Origin: Candidatus Nealsonbacteria bacterium CG23_combo_of_CG06-09_8_20_14_all_40_13
GTDB taxonomy: Bacteria > Patescibacteriota > UBA1384 > UBA12157_A > GCA-002773005
DNA: 37,309 bases
Reading direction: 5' to 3'
NCBI GenBank assembly: GCA_002771215.1
Contig: PCRM01000039.1
Span: forward strand, 1-37,309
The position numbers and the translations under genes were made by a program. The notes under the pieces are model-generated. The model had not been told where the DNA came from, searched no databases, and saw only the letters and a list, made by a program, of their open reading frames with translations. Position 1 is the first letter of the stretch. Every line of letters starts with the position of its first letter. Below are positions 1 to 10,786 of the stretch, in pieces.

Positions 1-35
1 AGGAAGAAGTAGATTTGGAAGATATTCCATTTTAA
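1..35 (+). CDS. ssb: 3' end of single-stranded DNA-binding protein (partial)
   Basis: Frame from base 3 reads EEVDLEDIPF*, the acidic DIPF SSB tail. It lies directly upstream of rpsR, as in the rpsF-ssb-rpsR operon. Confidence 0.85.
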   Translation, partial: EEVDLEDIPF

Positions 36-49
36 ATTGGAGAAAATAA

Positions 50-265
50 ATGCAATTTGGCAGAGCAAAATTTTGTTATTTTTGCCGTAAAAAAATAGAA
101 GACATTGACTTCAAGGACGTTGCCACCCTGCAGCGTTATTTGACTATTTGGAGTAAGGTTAAAGGCGCTAAAGAAAGCGGCGCCTGCGCCAAACATCAGC
201 GCCGATTAACTAAATCTATTAAACGCGCCCGCTTTATGGCGCTGCTGCCTTATTCCTCAAGATAA
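50..265 (+). CDS. rpsR: 30S ribosomal protein S18 (Zn-ribbon form)
   Basis: CYFC...IDFKDVATLQRYL...GACAKHQRRLTKSIKRARFMALLPY; GGAG RBS upstream. Confidence 0.95.
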   Translation: MQFGRAKFCYFCRKKIEDIDFKDVATLQRYLTIWSKVKGAKESGACAKHQRRLTKSIKRARFMALLPYSSR

Positions 266-292
266 TATTTTCAAGTGATGTGGGAGGGGGAT

Positions 293-793
293 ATGCAAAT
301 TTTAGCCTCTCATCTAATTTCACTTCCCGTTGCCGCCATTGCCAATCAAAGCAAAATTGGCGAGCTTAAAAGTGTTGTTTTTGACCCGGAAAACGGCAAA
401 GTTTTGGGATTTTTAATCAAACAGTCAATTTTCCATAAAAATAAGCTACTGTCTTTGAGCGATATTTTAAGTTTAGATGAGTCGGGCGCGGTGGTGCGTA
501 ATCAGGATGATTTGGTGGACATTTCAGAAGTAGTCAGGATTGATAAATTATTGAAGAAAAATATTCCCATTTTGGGCCAACGCGCCAAGACCGAAAGCGG
601 CAAAAACCTGGGTCTGGTTGATGATATTTTAATTGATACTTCAACTCTTTGCATCACTAAATTTTATTTAAAAAGTTTGCTGCAGGACAAAATTTTGCCT
701 TATGAAAAAGTTTACCAAATTACTTCTAAAGCGGTCGTCTTTCAAGATGATGTGACAGAAGGCAAAACCGTTGCTGAAGGAATTATGGCTTAA
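293..793 (+). CDS. Tandem PRC-barrel domain protein
   Basis: Two PRC-like units (KIGELKSVVFDPENGKVLGF; GKNLGLVDDILID). ATG at 293 follows GGAGG and is preferred over GTG at 275. Confidence 0.75.
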   Translation: MQILASHLISLPVAAIANQSKIGELKSVVFDPENGKVLGFLIKQSIFHKNKLLSLSDILSLDESGAVVRNQDDLVDISEVVRIDKLLKKNIPILGQRAKTESGKNLGLVDDILIDTSTLCITKFYLKSLLQDKILPYEKVYQITSKAVVFQDDVTEGKTVAEGIMA

Positions 794-1456
794 ATGAATC
801 TTATAAAACTTCAAAATGTCTCTAAAATTTATCAGCACGGTAAATTAGAAATGGTCGCTTTAAAAGATATAACCATCACTGTCCAAAAAGGACAATTTTT
901 AGCCATTATGGGGCCTTCAGGCAGCGGCAAATCGACTTTAATGCATATTATTGGTCTTTTAGACAGACCCACCTCTGGCAGTTATTTTTTAGAAGGAAAA
1001 GAAATCTCACTTAGAACTTCAGATAAAGTTTTAGCTCGTCTTCGGCAGGAAAAATTTGGCTTTGTTTTTCAAACTTTCAATCTTTTGCCTAGATTACGGG
1101 CGCTAGATCAAGTGATATTACCGACTATTTATGCCCGTGCCAAAAATCGCTGGCAGAAAGCAGAAAAAGTTTTAGAAAAAGTAGGACTGAAAGAACGTAT
1201 AAATCATTGTCCCTCGGAACTGTCAGGAGGAGAACAACAGCGAGTAGCTATTGCCCGGGCGCTGGTCAACAGTCCAGAGATTATTTTGGCTGATGAGCCC
1301 ACAGGTAATTTGGATAGCAAATCTGGCGAGGAGATTTTGAAAATTTTAATAGAATTAAACAAAGAGGGGAAAACGGTTATCTTAGTTACCCACGATCCTA
1401 ATTTGGCCAATCAAGCCGAGAGAATAATTAAATTGAAAGATGGGAGAATAGTGTGA
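794..1456 (+). CDS. ABC transporter ATP-binding protein (MacB/LolD family)
   Basis: Walker A GPSGSGKST, signature LSGGEQQRVAIARAL, ILADEPTGNLD, H-loop VTHD. Confidence 0.95.
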   Translation: MNLIKLQNVSKIYQHGKLEMVALKDITITVQKGQFLAIMGPSGSGKSTLMHIIGLLDRPTSGSYFLEGKEISLRTSDKVLARLRQEKFGFVFQTFNLLPRLRALDQVILPTIYARAKNRWQKAEKVLEKVGLKERINHCPSELSGGEQQRVAIARALVNSPEIILADEPTGNLDSKSGEEILKILIELNKEGKTVILVTHDPNLANQAERIIKLKDGRIV

Positions 1457-2676
1457 TTGGGGAAGTTTTTAAAATGGCTTTGTATTCCATCTGGAATAAT
1501 AAAGCTAGAAGTTTTTTAACTATGCTGGGGGTAATCATCGGTATTGCCTCTGTCGCGACCTTGATGGCTATTGGCGAGGGACTCAAGCAAGATGTTTCTA
1601 AAACTGTCAAAGATTTAGGTTCCAACATTGTAATTGTTTTATCCGGCGATATTCCCATCGGAGAAGGTCAAGGTATGACATCAATGGGCAATCCGGCCTC
1701 TTTAATTTCCGGCGATATTTTGAAATACCAGGATGTTGAGGAAATTAGAAAAATTGAGGGCGTGGAGGCGGTTTCCCCCATGGCCATGGTGCCGGGTTCT
1801 TTCAAAAAAGACGGCAAAGTTTCCACTCCAATTATTGCCGGGCTGGAGCCATCGATACGTAAAATTATGACTGGTTTCAAATTATCCCGGGGCCGCTTTA
1901 TTGAAGATACTGACAAGGATAAAAATGTCGTGGTGGTGGGCGATAAAGTTAGAAAACAACTTTTTGACGATAGGGAAGACATTTTGGGCGAGAAAATAAT
2001 GTTTGATAAAACAGAATTTGAGATCATCGGTCAACTTTCTCCTCCTACATCTTCTTCTCTTTTCTCCTCTGATTTTGAAACCCTTTCCGCCATTCCTTTC
2101 CAGCAGGCCAAAAAATTCACTCAAAATCAGGAAAAGATTCTGCGTATTGGCATCAAAGTCAATGATAGTTATAAGGTTGATGATATTGTGCCCAAAATTA
2201 AGGAAAATATGCTTTTACGCCACCCCAAAGAGGATTTTACTGTTGTTACTCAAGAAGACCTCCTGGGTATGCTTAACACTATTGTCAATCTTTTAACGAC
2301 AGCTGTGGCTGCCATTGCCTCTATTTCATTAATTGTTGGTGGTATCGGCATAATGAATATAATGTTAGTTTCGGTCACCGAAAGAACGCGCGAAATTGGT
2401 TTAAGAAAAGCAGTTGGCGCCACATCTGGAGCAATTCTATGGCAGTTTTTAATCGAAGCGGTGGCTATCTCACTTTTGGGGGGCACAATTGGAATTTTGT
2501 TTTCTTTCCTCGGCACTTCAATAGTGGCGGCTAAAACCGCTATAAAACCAGAGGTCACTTTATCTGCTATTTTACTAGCCGCTGGTGTTTGTATTGGAGT
2601 TGGAATTATTTTTGGTCTTGCTCCAGCTATCCGGGCTGCCCGCAAAGACCCAATTGAAGCGTTAAGGTACGAATAA
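1453..2676 (+). CDS. ABC transporter permease (MacB/FtsX family)
   Basis: RSFLTMLGVIIG, GGIGIMNIMLVSVTERTREIGLRKAVGA, PIEALRYE; GTGA overlap with the ATPase gene. Confidence 0.93.
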   Translation: MIGEVFKMALYSIWNNKARSFLTMLGVIIGIASVATLMAIGEGLKQDVSKTVKDLGSNIVIVLSGDIPIGEGQGMTSMGNPASLISGDILKYQDVEEIRKIEGVEAVSPMAMVPGSFKKDGKVSTPIIAGLEPSIRKIMTGFKLSRGRFIEDTDKDKNVVVVGDKVRKQLFDDREDILGEKIMFDKTEFEIIGQLSPPTSSSLFSSDFETLSAIPFQQAKKFTQNQEKILRIGIKVNDSYKVDDIVPKIKENMLLRHPKEDFTVVTQEDLLGMLNTIVNLLTTAVAAIASISLIVGGIGIMNIMLVSVTERTREIGLRKAVGATSGAILWQFLIEAVAISLLGGTIGILFSFLGTSIVAAKTAIKPEVTLSAILLAAGVCIGVGIIFGLAPAIRAARKDPIEALRYE

Positions 2677-2679
2677 ATA

Positions 2680-2731
2680 AAACTCAAAACTTAAAACGAA
2701 AAACTCAAAACCACAACTTAAAAGTTAAAAC
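2680..2731 (+). repeat. Degenerate 7-bp tandem repeat (AAACTCA/AAACTTA units)
   Basis: aaactca aaactta aaacgaa aaactca aaac... The first 32 bp recur exactly, inverted, at 35783-35814. Confidence 0.75.
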
Positions 2732-2775
2732 TATTTTTCTCTTTTTCAGTCATAAACTTTCTGCCTTCGCAGCAC

Positions 2776-2792
2776 TGTCGCCTTTGGCGACA
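2776..2792. repeat. Short palindrome TGTCGCC-TTT-GGCGACA between convergent genes (repeat element or terminator)
   Basis: Perfect 7-bp stem with 3-nt loop; same type as the hairpin at 30506-30520. Confidence 0.55.
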
Positions 2793-2813
2793 AAGTGATT
2801 TTTGAATTATATA

Positions 2814-4563
<1,750 letters not shown>

Positions 4564-4566
4564 CGA

Positions 4567-4848
4567 TTATTCGATAATCGCTAATATATCTTCTTCTTCC
4601 AAGATTTTTAATTCTTCACCATCAACTTTAATTTCTTCGCCGCCGTATTGCTTGAAAAGTACTTTATCGCCGGCTTTGACAGACAGCGGCACTCTCTTGT
4701 CATTTTCCCATTTGCCTTCGCCCACAGCTATTACTTTGCCTTCCTGGGGCTTTTCTTTGGCGCTTGCCGGCAAAAGAATGCCGGATTTGGTCTCTTTCTC
4801 GGTTAACGGTTTGATTAAAACATTTTTGCCAAGCGGTTTGATGTGCAT
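4567..4848 (-). CDS. groES: Co-chaperonin GroES
   Basis: IKPLGKNVLIK..TKSGILLP..GKVIAVG..GDKVLF..DILAII; GGAGG RBS. Confidence 0.97.
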   Translation of the reverse strand: MHIKPLGKNVLIKPLTEKETKSGILLPASAKEKPQEGKVIAVGEGKWENDKRVPLSVKAGDKVLFKQYGGEEIKVDGEELKILEEEDILAIIE

Positions 4849-4889
4849 TTTGCCTCCGATTTTAAAAACTTTAACTTTTGGTGGTTAAA

Positions 4890-4927
4890 GTGGCAGTAGA
4901 ACGGAAGGGGGAACCGTCTACCACCAC
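4890..4927 (-). promoter_or_regulatory. 5'-UTR hairpin of groES
   Basis: GUGGUGGUAGACGG-UUCCCCCUU-CCGUUCUACUGCCAC: 14-bp stem with two G-U pairs and one bulge on the minus strand. Confidence 0.5.
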
Positions 4928-4932
4928 ATTTC

Positions 4933-4962
4933 AAAATAACATTTTTTACCAATTTCTGTCAA
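4933..4962 (-). promoter_or_regulatory. Putative sigma70 promoter of groESL
   Basis: TTGACA (4962-4957), 18-bp spacer, TG-T-TATTTT extended -10. Confidence 0.55.
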
Positions 4963-5002
4963 GACCTTATTATAAAACTTAAATTGAAATAAGTCAATAT
5001 TT

Positions 5003-5968
5003 TTAGGCCAATGTTTTCATTTTGGTATTTTTGAGTTCAATATTTTTTGTCTTTGAGAGCCATCGCCGCAAAATTTCCTGCCGCTGGCTGAAGTGGTGCA
5101 GTTCAACCATTTTGTCATCTGCCCGGATGTTAGCGCCGGGTCGGCGTGCCTCCGGCAAGGAATAGATGCGCCAAATTTGCAGTTTGCCCGAAATGACATT
5201 AAAAATTGTGCCCCAGATGCCTCCTAACAACCATTCAAACAAATTGCGCCAGTCGCGCAAAATTTTGGAGTCGGCCACCAAATCTGCAATTAAATTGCTT
5301 CTTAATTTTAACTTGAAATTGGGGATATTGTCTGCCACCCAAGCGTTCGCCTGCCAGAATTTGAAAAAATTGGAAAAACTGTAAAGCGGCCGGGCCCAAG
5401 CAATCCAATATGGCGTTAAAATATCCAAACCAATCAGTTTTGTTTTTTGGATATTCAAGCCGTTTTCCACCAGATAGTAGCCCAGACAAATTTTATCACA
5501 CTTTTTATGCTTGCTTTTGCGCAAACCCAGCACAAAAATTGTGGCAATAACCAACAGCCGGCAAAGCCAAAGCCGGTTTTTGGCGCTGACAATTAACAGG
5601 TCAATGTCGCTTGACGGTTTGGCATTATCCAACGCCAAAGATTGGATGACAAAAATGCCGCGCAAAAATGGCACCCACTGCAAATCTTTGACCGCCCGTT
5701 TGGCAATTTGCAATTTTTTACTGGAAATTTGGCGGCGGCGCAGATGCAAAGGAATAATTTTTTTTCTTCTTTTAAAGGCAAAAAAACCATTTTGCTCGAC
5801 GATTATTTCTTCATTAAGCAAGAGCCTTACAGCTTGTTTAATTTCGTCGTTACGGGCGGTTGCGCGCCAAAGATAAATCTCCAGCTCCTCCAAGGTCAGC
5901 GGTCTGTCAAAAAGGTCAAAGAAAGCAAGGGTGGACAGGATTGATTGACAAATTTCTTGCTTAATCAT
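5003..5968 (-). CDS. Pol-beta-type nucleotidyltransferase domain protein
   Basis: IFVIQSLALDNAKPSSDIDLLIV resembles the hG[S]xA...DxD motif. Confidence 0.65.
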   Translation of the reverse strand: MIKQEICQSILSTLAFFDLFDRPLTLEELEIYLWRATARNDEIKQAVRLLLNEEIIVEQNGFFAFKRRKKIIPLHLRRRQISSKKLQIAKRAVKDLQWVPFLRGIFVIQSLALDNAKPSSDIDLLIVSAKNRLWLCRLLVIATIFVLGLRKSKHKKCDKICLGYYLVENGLNIQKTKLIGLDILTPYWIAWARPLYSFSNFFKFWQANAWVADNIPNFKLKLRSNLIADLVADSKILRDWRNLFEWLLGGIWGTIFNVISGKLQIWRIYSLPEARRPGANIRADDKMVELHHFSQRQEILRRWLSKTKNIELKNTKMKTLA

Positions 5969-6028
5969 TTGGTTTGATTATACATTAAAGTTGAATTTTT
6001 TTCAGATAAACTTTAAAATAAAAATAAG

Positions 6029-7009
6029 ATGAAAAGATTATTTTCCGGTATTCAGCCGACAGGTAATATCCATATCGGCAACTATTTGGGGGCAATTAGC
6101 CGCTGGGCAGGGATGCAGCAGGAGTTTGACAGCATTTTTTGCATTGTTGATTTGCACGCCATAACCGTGCCGCAAGATCCAAAAACATTGCGGGCTAAGA
6201 TTTTGGAAATGGCCGGCTTACTTTTGGCTGCCGGCATCAACGCGGAAAAATCACTTATTTTTGTCCAGTCGCAGGTTTGCGCTCACTGCCAGTTGGCTTG
6301 GATATTAAACTGCACAACGCCAATGGGCTGGATGCAGCGAATGACGCAGTTTAAGGAAAAATCAGTCAAATTAAAAGAGAAAGTCAGCGTTGGTCTGTTT
6401 GATTATCCGATTTTAATGGCCGCTGATATTTTGCTTTATGACACGGATGTGGTGCCGGTGGGCGAAGATCAAAAACAGCACGTGGAGCTGGCGCGCAACA
6501 TTGCTGAAAAATTTAACAGTTTGTACGGCCAGACCTTCCAATTGCCAGAGCCGCTAATTGCGCCGGTGGGCGGCCGGATTATGGCCTTGGATGAGCCGAC
6601 TAAAAAAATGAGCAAAAGTGACGAGAGTCCAGACAGTGTTATCGGCATCTTGGATTCGCCTGATGACATTGCCCGCAAAATTACCAAAGCCACCACTGAT
6701 TCTCAAACTGCAATCAAATTTGATGCGTCACGGCCCGGCATTTACAATCTGCTGGTCATTTATGAATTGTTCAGCGGTATGGCAAGAGAGAACATTGAGC
6801 AAAAATTTGCCAGCTCAAATTACAGCCAATTTAAAAAAGATTTAGCTTCTTTGCTGGCCACTAAATTAAAACCATTTCAAGAACAATTTCAAAAAATAAG
6901 TGCTGATAAAAGTTATATTAGCTCTATTTTAGATAAAGGCGCCCAAAAAGCCAGACCGCTGGCAGAGCGCACTTTATTGGATGTTAAACAAAAAATAGGA
7001 CTGTATTAG
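6029..7009 (+). CDS. trpS: Tryptophan--tRNA ligase
   Basis: SGIQPTG, HIGNYLG, YPILMAADIL, VPVGEDQKQH, KMSKS. Confidence 0.97.
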   Translation: MKRLFSGIQPTGNIHIGNYLGAISRWAGMQQEFDSIFCIVDLHAITVPQDPKTLRAKILEMAGLLLAAGINAEKSLIFVQSQVCAHCQLAWILNCTTPMGWMQRMTQFKEKSVKLKEKVSVGLFDYPILMAADILLYDTDVVPVGEDQKQHVELARNIAEKFNSLYGQTFQLPEPLIAPVGGRIMALDEPTKKMSKSDESPDSVIGILDSPDDIARKITKATTDSQTAIKFDASRPGIYNLLVIYELFSGMARENIEQKFASSNYSQFKKDLASLLATKLKPFQEQFQKISADKSYISSILDKGAQKARPLAERTLLDVKQKIGLY

Positions 7010-7963
7010 CTACACGTTTGGTATGGAACTTTTTGGTCTGCCTTCTAAATTTTTGGCGATCTCATCAATTCCCTGATCAAGGGTATATTTTGGCACATAA
7101 CCAAGTGCTTTCTGGATTTTGGTCAAATCAGCCAGATGGTGTCTGGCCGTCCATTTAAGCGGGCTTTTAATGTGTTTATGCTTGATATTTTTGCCCAAAC
7201 GCTGGTTGATCTTTTCAAGTATTTCATGAAGATTGTAATTTTTTGATGTGCCTACATTAAAAATCGTATGGCCAAATTTTTTGGGCGTTTCAACCGCCAG
7301 CTGGACAGCCGCGCAAACATCCGCGACATTGGTCAAATCCCTTTCTTGTAAACCATCACCATAAACTATTGGTATTTTATCAAGCCAAATATTCCATAAA
7401 AACTGGCTAACTAAGTTGGCATAACGAGTTTTGTGTTCTTCTTTTGGACCATAAACGCTCAAAAATCGAAAGCCAATAATTTCTGTTCCATACTCACGGT
7501 TGTAGACGTTGGCCAAATGCTCCATAGAATGCTTAGCCACTGAATAAAAATTTGGCGGGATAACGTGTTGATCCTCGGTAAATGGCGTTGGATTATCGCC
7601 ATAAATTGAAGAAGTGGAGGCAAACAGAACTTTTTTGACTTTTGTTTTACGAGCAAAATCAAGAACATTGATAAAGCCCAAAATATTGTTGCTCATAGCA
7701 GCTTTCAAATCTTCTTGAAACATAAATGTGCAAGAAGCGCCGGCCAAATGAACAATATAATCATATTTGCCCGGCAGATTTTCTAAATCTTTTATTTTTT
7801 CCACATCGCCTTTAATAAATTTAACTTTAGGCGTTAAATTTTCTTTTTTGCCAAGTGACAGATTATCAAAAGCACTAACATTATAGCCACTTTGGTAAAT
7901 GCGGTTGCAAAGATTAGAACCGATAAAACCACATCCTCCTGTAATAAGCACATTTTTAGACAT
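7010..7963 (-). CDS. NAD-dependent nucleotide-sugar epimerase/dehydratase
   Basis: TGGCGFIGS, STSSIYG, YSVAK (YxxxK). Confidence 0.9.
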   Translation of the reverse strand: MSKNVLITGGCGFIGSNLCNRIYQSGYNVSAFDNLSLGKKENLTPKVKFIKGDVEKIKDLENLPGKYDYIVHLAGASCTFMFQEDLKAAMSNNILGFINVLDFARKTKVKKVLFASTSSIYGDNPTPFTEDQHVIPPNFYSVAKHSMEHLANVYNREYGTEIIGFRFLSVYGPKEEHKTRYANLVSQFLWNIWLDKIPIVYGDGLQERDLTNVADVCAAVQLAVETPKKFGHTIFNVGTSKNYNLHEILEKINQRLGKNIKHKHIKSPLKWTARHHLADLTKIQKALGYVPKYTLDQGIDEIAKNLEGRPKSSIPNV

Positions 7964-8016
7964 AGCTTCTCCAAACTGATAAATTACAAGTTTCAGCCCG
8001 CCCCGCTACCTGACGC

Positions 8017-8037
8017 ACCCCGATGGAACATCGGGGT
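8017..8037. repeat. Palindrome ACCCCGATG-GAA-CATCGGGGT within a GC-rich intergenic element (~7996-8075)
   Basis: Perfect 9-bp stem with 3-nt loop. Confidence 0.6.
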
Positions 8038-8104
8038 AAGAAATGGTGTGGGGTAAAACCGGCCCCGCCGGTGATAAGAATTTTTTTTCTCACTTCGTTT
8101 TGCA

Positions 8105-9457
8105 TTATTTACTCATTTTCTTGGAAATTTCAATAATCTCTTTTTGCTTTTTACTAAGTAATGTTTTATCAGTTGATTCAATATTGAGCTTTAAAACTGG
8201 CTCCGTGTTGGAAGAACGAAGGTTAAAACGCCAATTGGGATATTCCACTGTTAAGCCATCTGTGTCGTTTTGTTGACCGTCAATATATTTAGCTTTGAGC
8301 GCAGAGATTATTTTTTCGCCGTTTGGGGAGGCAATTTTAATCTCATCGATCATAAAAAACTTTTTTCTCAAGTCGGCTAAAAGCTTAGACAATTTTTGAT
8401 TTTTATCGGATAAGAGTTTTAAAACCATTAAAAATGGAATAATACCGTTGTCGGAATAGAAATTGTCGCGGAAGAAATAATGGGCAGTCATCTCCGCGGC
8501 CATAAAAGCATTTTGTTTGCGCAATTGCTGTTGCATAAAGATCCGTCCGGATTTAACAAGTGACAATTTAATACCGTATTTTTGAGCCATTTGGACAATT
8601 GGATAAATCGCACGCAGATCAATAATTACTTTAGCGCCAGGTTTCTCTTTGGCAATATATTCCATCAAAATAGCGGTCACAAATGGTGCGGGCACAAATT
8701 CGCCCTTTTCATCAAAAAAGAAACATCGATCGCCATCGCCGTCCCAAGAAACGCCAAAATCAGCTTGATGAGTTTTAATAATGGCAATTGTATCGGCTCT
8801 TCTTTGGGGCAAAAGCGGATTGGGTTCACCTTTTCTAAGTTTTGGATCTGGCTTTTTATCAATCCAAATCATTTGAAGTGGTAAATCTTTAACAACCTGC
8901 TCAATGACCGGCCCCATCGCGCCATTTAAGGTGTTAAAAACCACTTTAAAAGGTTTAATTTTTGCCAACTTAACAAAAGAAAGAACAAATTTTTTATAGT
9001 CGGCAAAAATATCTAAACTTGTCAATTTACCTTTTTTATAAACTTTGCGAAATTTGCCTTTTTGGATAATGGCTTTAACATCTAACAGCCCTGAATTGCC
9101 GGTGACTGGAATAGCTTGCTTTCTAACAAATTTGAAGCCGCCGTACTCTGGTGCGTTGTGCGAGGCAGAAACAGCGATGCCGCCATCAAAACCGAAATGG
9201 CCAACCGCAAAAAAGAGCATATCTGTGGTAATTTGGCCAATTTGACAGACATCAACGCCCTGTTCAAGTAAACCTCGAATAAGTTCTTTTTCCATTGTGG
9301 CTGACTGGGCACGGACATCGCGGCCGACAATTACTTTTTTGGGTTTCAAAAAATCAGCATAGGCCCGACCTAAAAGATAAGCGACCTTTTCATTTACCTG
9401 TGTCGGATAAACCCCGCGAATATCATAAGCCTTAAAAATTGAATTAATAATTTTCAT
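8105..9457 (-). CDS. manB: Phosphomannomutase/phosphoglucomutase
   Basis: FKAYDIRG, SASHN phosphoserine loop, DGDGDR metal loop, RSSNTEP. Confidence 0.92.
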   Translation of the reverse strand: MKIINSIFKAYDIRGVYPTQVNEKVAYLLGRAYADFLKPKKVIVGRDVRAQSATMEKELIRGLLEQGVDVCQIGQITTDMLFFAVGHFGFDGGIAVSASHNAPEYGGFKFVRKQAIPVTGNSGLLDVKAIIQKGKFRKVYKKGKLTSLDIFADYKKFVLSFVKLAKIKPFKVVFNTLNGAMGPVIEQVVKDLPLQMIWIDKKPDPKLRKGEPNPLLPQRRADTIAIIKTHQADFGVSWDGDGDRCFFFDEKGEFVPAPFVTAILMEYIAKEKPGAKVIIDLRAIYPIVQMAQKYGIKLSLVKSGRIFMQQQLRKQNAFMAAEMTAHYFFRDNFYSDNGIIPFLMVLKLLSDKNQKLSKLLADLRKKFFMIDEIKIASPNGEKIISALKAKYIDGQQNDTDGLTVEYPNWRFNLRSSNTEPVLKLNIESTDKTLLSKKQKEIIEISKKMSK

Positions 9458-10593
9458 AGATAAAGATATTTCCCTTGTTCTTTAATTTTATCCAATAATT
9501 GTTTGAGTTCTTGAGCTTTATCTTTGGCGGCAACCAGCGTCACATCAGGCGAATCAACAATAATAACATCTTTCAGCCCTAAAGTCGCCACTAATTTATC
9601 ATGAGCATAAATTAAACAATTTTGGCTGCCATAGTCAACATGATGGCCTTTGATAATCATGCCGGATTTAAATGTTTCCGATAAAATATCATGCACCGAA
9701 GCCCAGTTGCCAACATCCGACCACTCCAAATCCGACGGAATAACAAAAACATTTTTGACAAAACCTTTTTTTTGGATAATAGCGATTTCGAATTGCTCGG
9801 ATTCAAAACGGGCAAAAAGCTCGGCGATTTTTTTGTTTTGAGGCTCTTTTTGAGTTAGTTCCTGTTTTATTTTATCCAATAGCTGCTTCATGCGGGGTTG
9901 GTATTTGCCAAACCAAGCCAGACAATCAGAAGCGCGAAAACAGTAATAACACGCGTTCCAAAGATATCTCCATGATTTAATATATTGCTGAGCAGTTGGT
10001 AAATCTGGTTTTTCCACAAAAGTATCAACTTGAAAAAGTTGGTGGCCATCGCTTTCTTTTAATTGTTTGCCCATTTTAATATAGCCCAAACCAGTTTCGG
10101 GCCGGCGAGGATTGATACCAATAGTTATTAAATGATTAGGATTTAAACTTGTGGCCTTGAAAGCAGCTTTGAGGGCTGCAGCAAATTCCTCGGGATTTTG
10201 GATAACATGGTCGGAAGCGATAGTAGTAATAATTGCCTTGGGATTGCGCATTAATATTTTGGTAGCGACAAAACCAATAGCTGGGGCAGTATTTTTTGAA
10301 GTTGGCTCAATAATAAATTGGGATTCTGGCAGTTCTGCCAACTGCTTTATAACTTCATCTTTATAAACCGCAGCGGTAGCCACAAAAATTTGACTCGGGT
10401 TTAATACCCGCTTAAGACGCAGGTAAGTCTCCTGCAAAAGAGTCTTCTCGCCAGTTAAAGCGTGAAATTGTTTTGGTCGGCTAATTCGGCTCATTGGCCA
10501 CAATCGTTTGCCCGAACCGCCAGCCATTAAAACGGCATAGTAATTACTGTTAATTATATTGTGAGATTTGGAAATTTGAGTTTTTTGCTCCAT
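9454..10593 (-). CDS. manC: Mannose-1-phosphate guanylyltransferase
   Basis: MAGGSGKRLWPMSR..PKQF, EPTSKNTAPA, FVEKP, WSDVG. Confidence 0.92.
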   Translation of the reverse strand: MEQKTQISKSHNIINSNYYAVLMAGGSGKRLWPMSRISRPKQFHALTGEKTLLQETYLRLKRVLNPSQIFVATAAVYKDEVIKQLAELPESQFIIEPTSKNTAPAIGFVATKILMRNPKAIITTIASDHVIQNPEEFAAALKAAFKATSLNPNHLITIGINPRRPETGLGYIKMGKQLKESDGHQLFQVDTFVEKPDLPTAQQYIKSWRYLWNACYYCFRASDCLAWFGKYQPRMKQLLDKIKQELTQKEPQNKKIAELFARFESEQFEIAIIQKKGFVKNVFVIPSDLEWSDVGNWASVHDILSETFKSGMIIKGHHVDYGSQNCLIYAHDKLVATLGLKDVIIVDSPDVTLVAAKDKAQELKQLLDKIKEQGKYLYL

Positions 10594-10620
10594 TATTATC
10601 CTTAAATTAAAATTAGTATT

Positions 10621-10756
10621 TTTATTATAGCGCCTATCGGACGATATATTAAATTATTAAATTTATTATAGCGCCGAATACTGCGCTTTATTAAATTACT
10701 AAATTTATTATAGCGTTGAATACTGCGCTTTATTAAATTATTAAATTTATTATAGC
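10621..10756 (-). repeat. Tandem 41-42 bp repeat (~3.3 copies), each carrying a TATAAT box facing manC
   Basis: TTTATTATAGC starts at 10621, 10662, 10704 and 10746; the minus strand reads GCTATAATAAA. Confidence 0.85.
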
Positions 10757-10786
10757 AAAGATTATTGAAAAGGTGAAGGGGTAAGT

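Noticed and set aside
4850..5000. CIRCE/HrcA operator
   Set aside because: The consensus inverted repeat is absent.
10621..10756. Possible CRISPR mini-array
   Set aside because: Variable parts are only ~15 nt, two are nearly identical, the period is too short and no cas genes are present.
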